Shown: piece after piece, positions 61,584 to 64,000 of the stretch
How the letters are laid out: every line of letters begins with the position of its first letter
How positions within the stretch are numbered: the stretch's first letter is position 1
Assembly (NCBI GenBank): GCA_013239625.1
Contig: MU053810.1
Span: 3,690,071-3,754,070, forward strand
Reading direction: 5' to 3'
DNA length: 64,000 bases
DNA from: Lama guanicoe
Taxonomy: Eukaryota
Notes under the pieces: model-generated
What the model was told of the DNA's origin: nothing
The model's database searches: none
Seen by the model: only the letters and a program-made list of their open reading frames with translations
Position numbers and translations under genes: made by a program

Positions 61584-64000
61584 TCTCCCATATACTCTTA
61601 TTTAGAGCACACCTATATGAATTGTCCACTAATATTTTATTGTTACATTTTCAGAAGAACTTTTATGTGTTGTCTTCCTCATTGCACATATACCACCATT
61701 AAAGATGTAAATGAGTCATAATATGCTTAGAGCAACCAAGGGATTCCAGAGCAAAAGTGTGTTTCAGGCCTACAATTCATAAAACAAATGCTGTTGCCCC
61801 TGTTAGGTTCACTAAAAACAACAGAGTTTTAAAGCTTGAAGGATTCCTAGAGACCACCTTGTGCAAACTTCCTATTTGATAACAGAGAAAAACTGAGGAC
61901 CAGGGAAGCAAGATGATTTGCCCAAGGTTTTTAATAAGTTCCTGGCAATGCTGGCTCTGAATACAGGTCTCTGCACTCGGAGGGAAGCTGTCTTTCCACT
62001 CCTTAGGGAGGGAGGTGTGAAACCAGGCCAACTCGCTCCTCAAGAGCAAAGACAATGAATGCTTCTTTACTGTGGCCTCCCCCCACCCCCACCCAGCCCT
62101 CTCTCCCAGGAGCCAGCACCATCCTGGGTGCTGTGAGAGTGTCCACCACGTCCTGGGTGAGGGGGTGAGTATGGGAGCAAGTGCAAGAGGGAGGCTCTGG
62201 TCTGAACACTGAAGAGGGTTCGTTTCCTCACCCGGGAAATGAAAGGGCTGGGTCAGAGAGCACGCACTCCTGCAGGTGTGTTCGGGTTTGCTGGGGGATC
62301 CACGTGATGGTTCAGAGACCCGGGAGGCAGAACAAGTGCCGCTCATCCTCATCCACAGCTCAGAGAAGTGAGGCTCGGTGAGGTTGTCACCTGCCCTGTT
62401 ATTCCATAACCTTCGGGTGCCAGGAGCATGACGACAACCTGGAGGCAGCCCATGACTCCAAACCGTTTACTCTTTCCTCTCTCCCATGTGGATGCTTCTC
62501 TGGGGGATTTCTAAGTCTTCTACAGTTTGAGACAGAAGATAGAGGAGGATGAGGGGGGGAGGAGGGAGAAGGGAAGGAAAGAAAATCGAATCTATGCCTT
62601 TGTGTGCATATGTACCTTTCCACATCTCCTTGCTAAGATGACTCATGAGAAAGTGTCCTTACTGCATCACTGGCAAGTTGGAAAGAAAATAGTTTATAGT
62701 GATCCTAGTTAGACTCACAGCCCTGTGTCCACATTATCTATTTCCTGAAGGAGCTTAAATAATCCAGAAATCATGGCAGACGACTGGCCTTGAGCAGTCA
62801 CCACAGTGGCTGGCCTTCTGTCCTGGGCAGAATCACATGGACTTGTCCTATCCTGCGAGCCAGGTCCCCTTCCTTGGTGACTTTGTAGAAATTCTCTCAC
62901 AGTCCAGCCAAATCAGAAACTGGCTGACGTGAGGGAATTCTCTTAATGCAGGGAGAACGCAATTTCTCTCTGCCTGGAGTGTGTAAAACACGAACGACAT
63001 AGCATAGAGCAGCTCTTAAATCACTTATATTTCCCCTTTTTATGATGCCATTGCAAATTAGCTGTTTTTTGCATTTGTAATTAGAGGCTTGAACAGATGG
63101 GGAGGCCGCAGTGTAAGGGGATAAATTTGCAAATGTGCAATGGCTATGCAGGATCTCCTGGCCGTAAGTCACCCAAATGCTTCCCAGAACAAGTCTCTTG
63201 CCCCCATCACCCCCAGCAACCTCTCTCCCATTCGGGGAGACTCCTGCTTACCAATGAGGGCGCCTTCCCAATTACCGCGGGGAAACCTCCAAAATGGATG
63301 CCACATTTCTCACAAGTATTCTTCAGCGCTCATCTTGATCTCGAACAAGTCACAAGAACTCTATCCATCGCATGTAAACCTGGGGCACTGGTTTGAAAGT
63401 CACAAAACTAAGCATATTCAAACAAGAGCTGGTCATAAGTCAGGCGGTATTAGGGAGAGAAGTAGGGATCACTGCTTATCGCCAATGTCTTGTTTTGTCT
63501 GGAAAACAAATTCCAAGGAAATAATGCAAATGGATCTTGAATGTTTTGTGCGGCTTGGTGTCTGCCACACAGGAAGCGCTTAATCATACGTGTGAAAGGA
63601 CGCTTGGCAGGGGGGATAAAATACAGAGGAGCTGAAAGGTCATTTTGTTGTACAAGCCTCTTCCTGGAGAATCCAACCAAACCAGGGATTCCCCCATCTT
63701 AGGCTGAGCCCCTGGACCCTGGGAGCTGCCCCAGAGCCAGGAGCCAGGCAGGGTCCACCCTGTCCCAGGAACGCTCCAGCTCCCACTGCCCCCAGCTGGA
63801 CCAGTCACCCCCTTTCTTTCCCAGAGTATCTCCTCTGCTCTGAGAGCCCATCCAGCTGCAACCAAGAAATTGGAAGGCCTCAGAAAATGAAAGGTAAACT
63901 TTCCAAAAGTTCAGCCCGTTTTCCAACCCCGCAGGAAGCAGTTTACGTCTGGGGTATCGGATAGCCGTTTGGGCCCAGTTAACACATCTCTCCCACCACA

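Noticed and set aside
54500..64000. Coding exons of a downstream gene (e.g. the 191-aa ORF at 61777-62352)
   Set aside because: There is no recognisable protein or consistent splice pattern; the ORF overlaps a MIR and looks like intergenic noise.
1..64000. CRISPR array or other prokaryotic systems
   Set aside because: No regularly spaced repeats or operon structure; the sequence is clearly mammalian.

Overview
Mammalian genomic DNA, most likely camelid, based on a Vic-1-like tRNA-Ala SINE. The + strand carries the last 13 coding exons of ARMC3 (2034-50238; 696 codons including the stop, all GT-AG, frame intact), followed by about 13 kb of repeat-containing intergenic DNA. The main hidden feature is on the - strand. 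A heavily decayed, multi-exon type IV collagen-like gene (about 49.9 kb to 16.97 kb) is interleaved with the ARMC3 exons. It shows a 7S-like Cys-rich N-terminus, more than 20 Gly-X-Y exon remnants, many with residual splice sites, and NC1 (C4) motifs. It is not in the position of any of the six known paired mammalian COL4A genes, so it may be a lost collagen IV-like unitary pseudogene. A TSD-flanked MAZ retrocopy lacking all zinc fingers (forming a new intronic CpG island) and a tailless 5S rRNA retrocopy both landed in its remnants. An internally deleted antisense L1 has its CpG-rich 5' end about 34 nt from an ARMC3 splice acceptor. All identifications are from manual reading and recall of the families; no searches were run. 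ARMC3 exon numbers are by analogy to the human 19-exon model.
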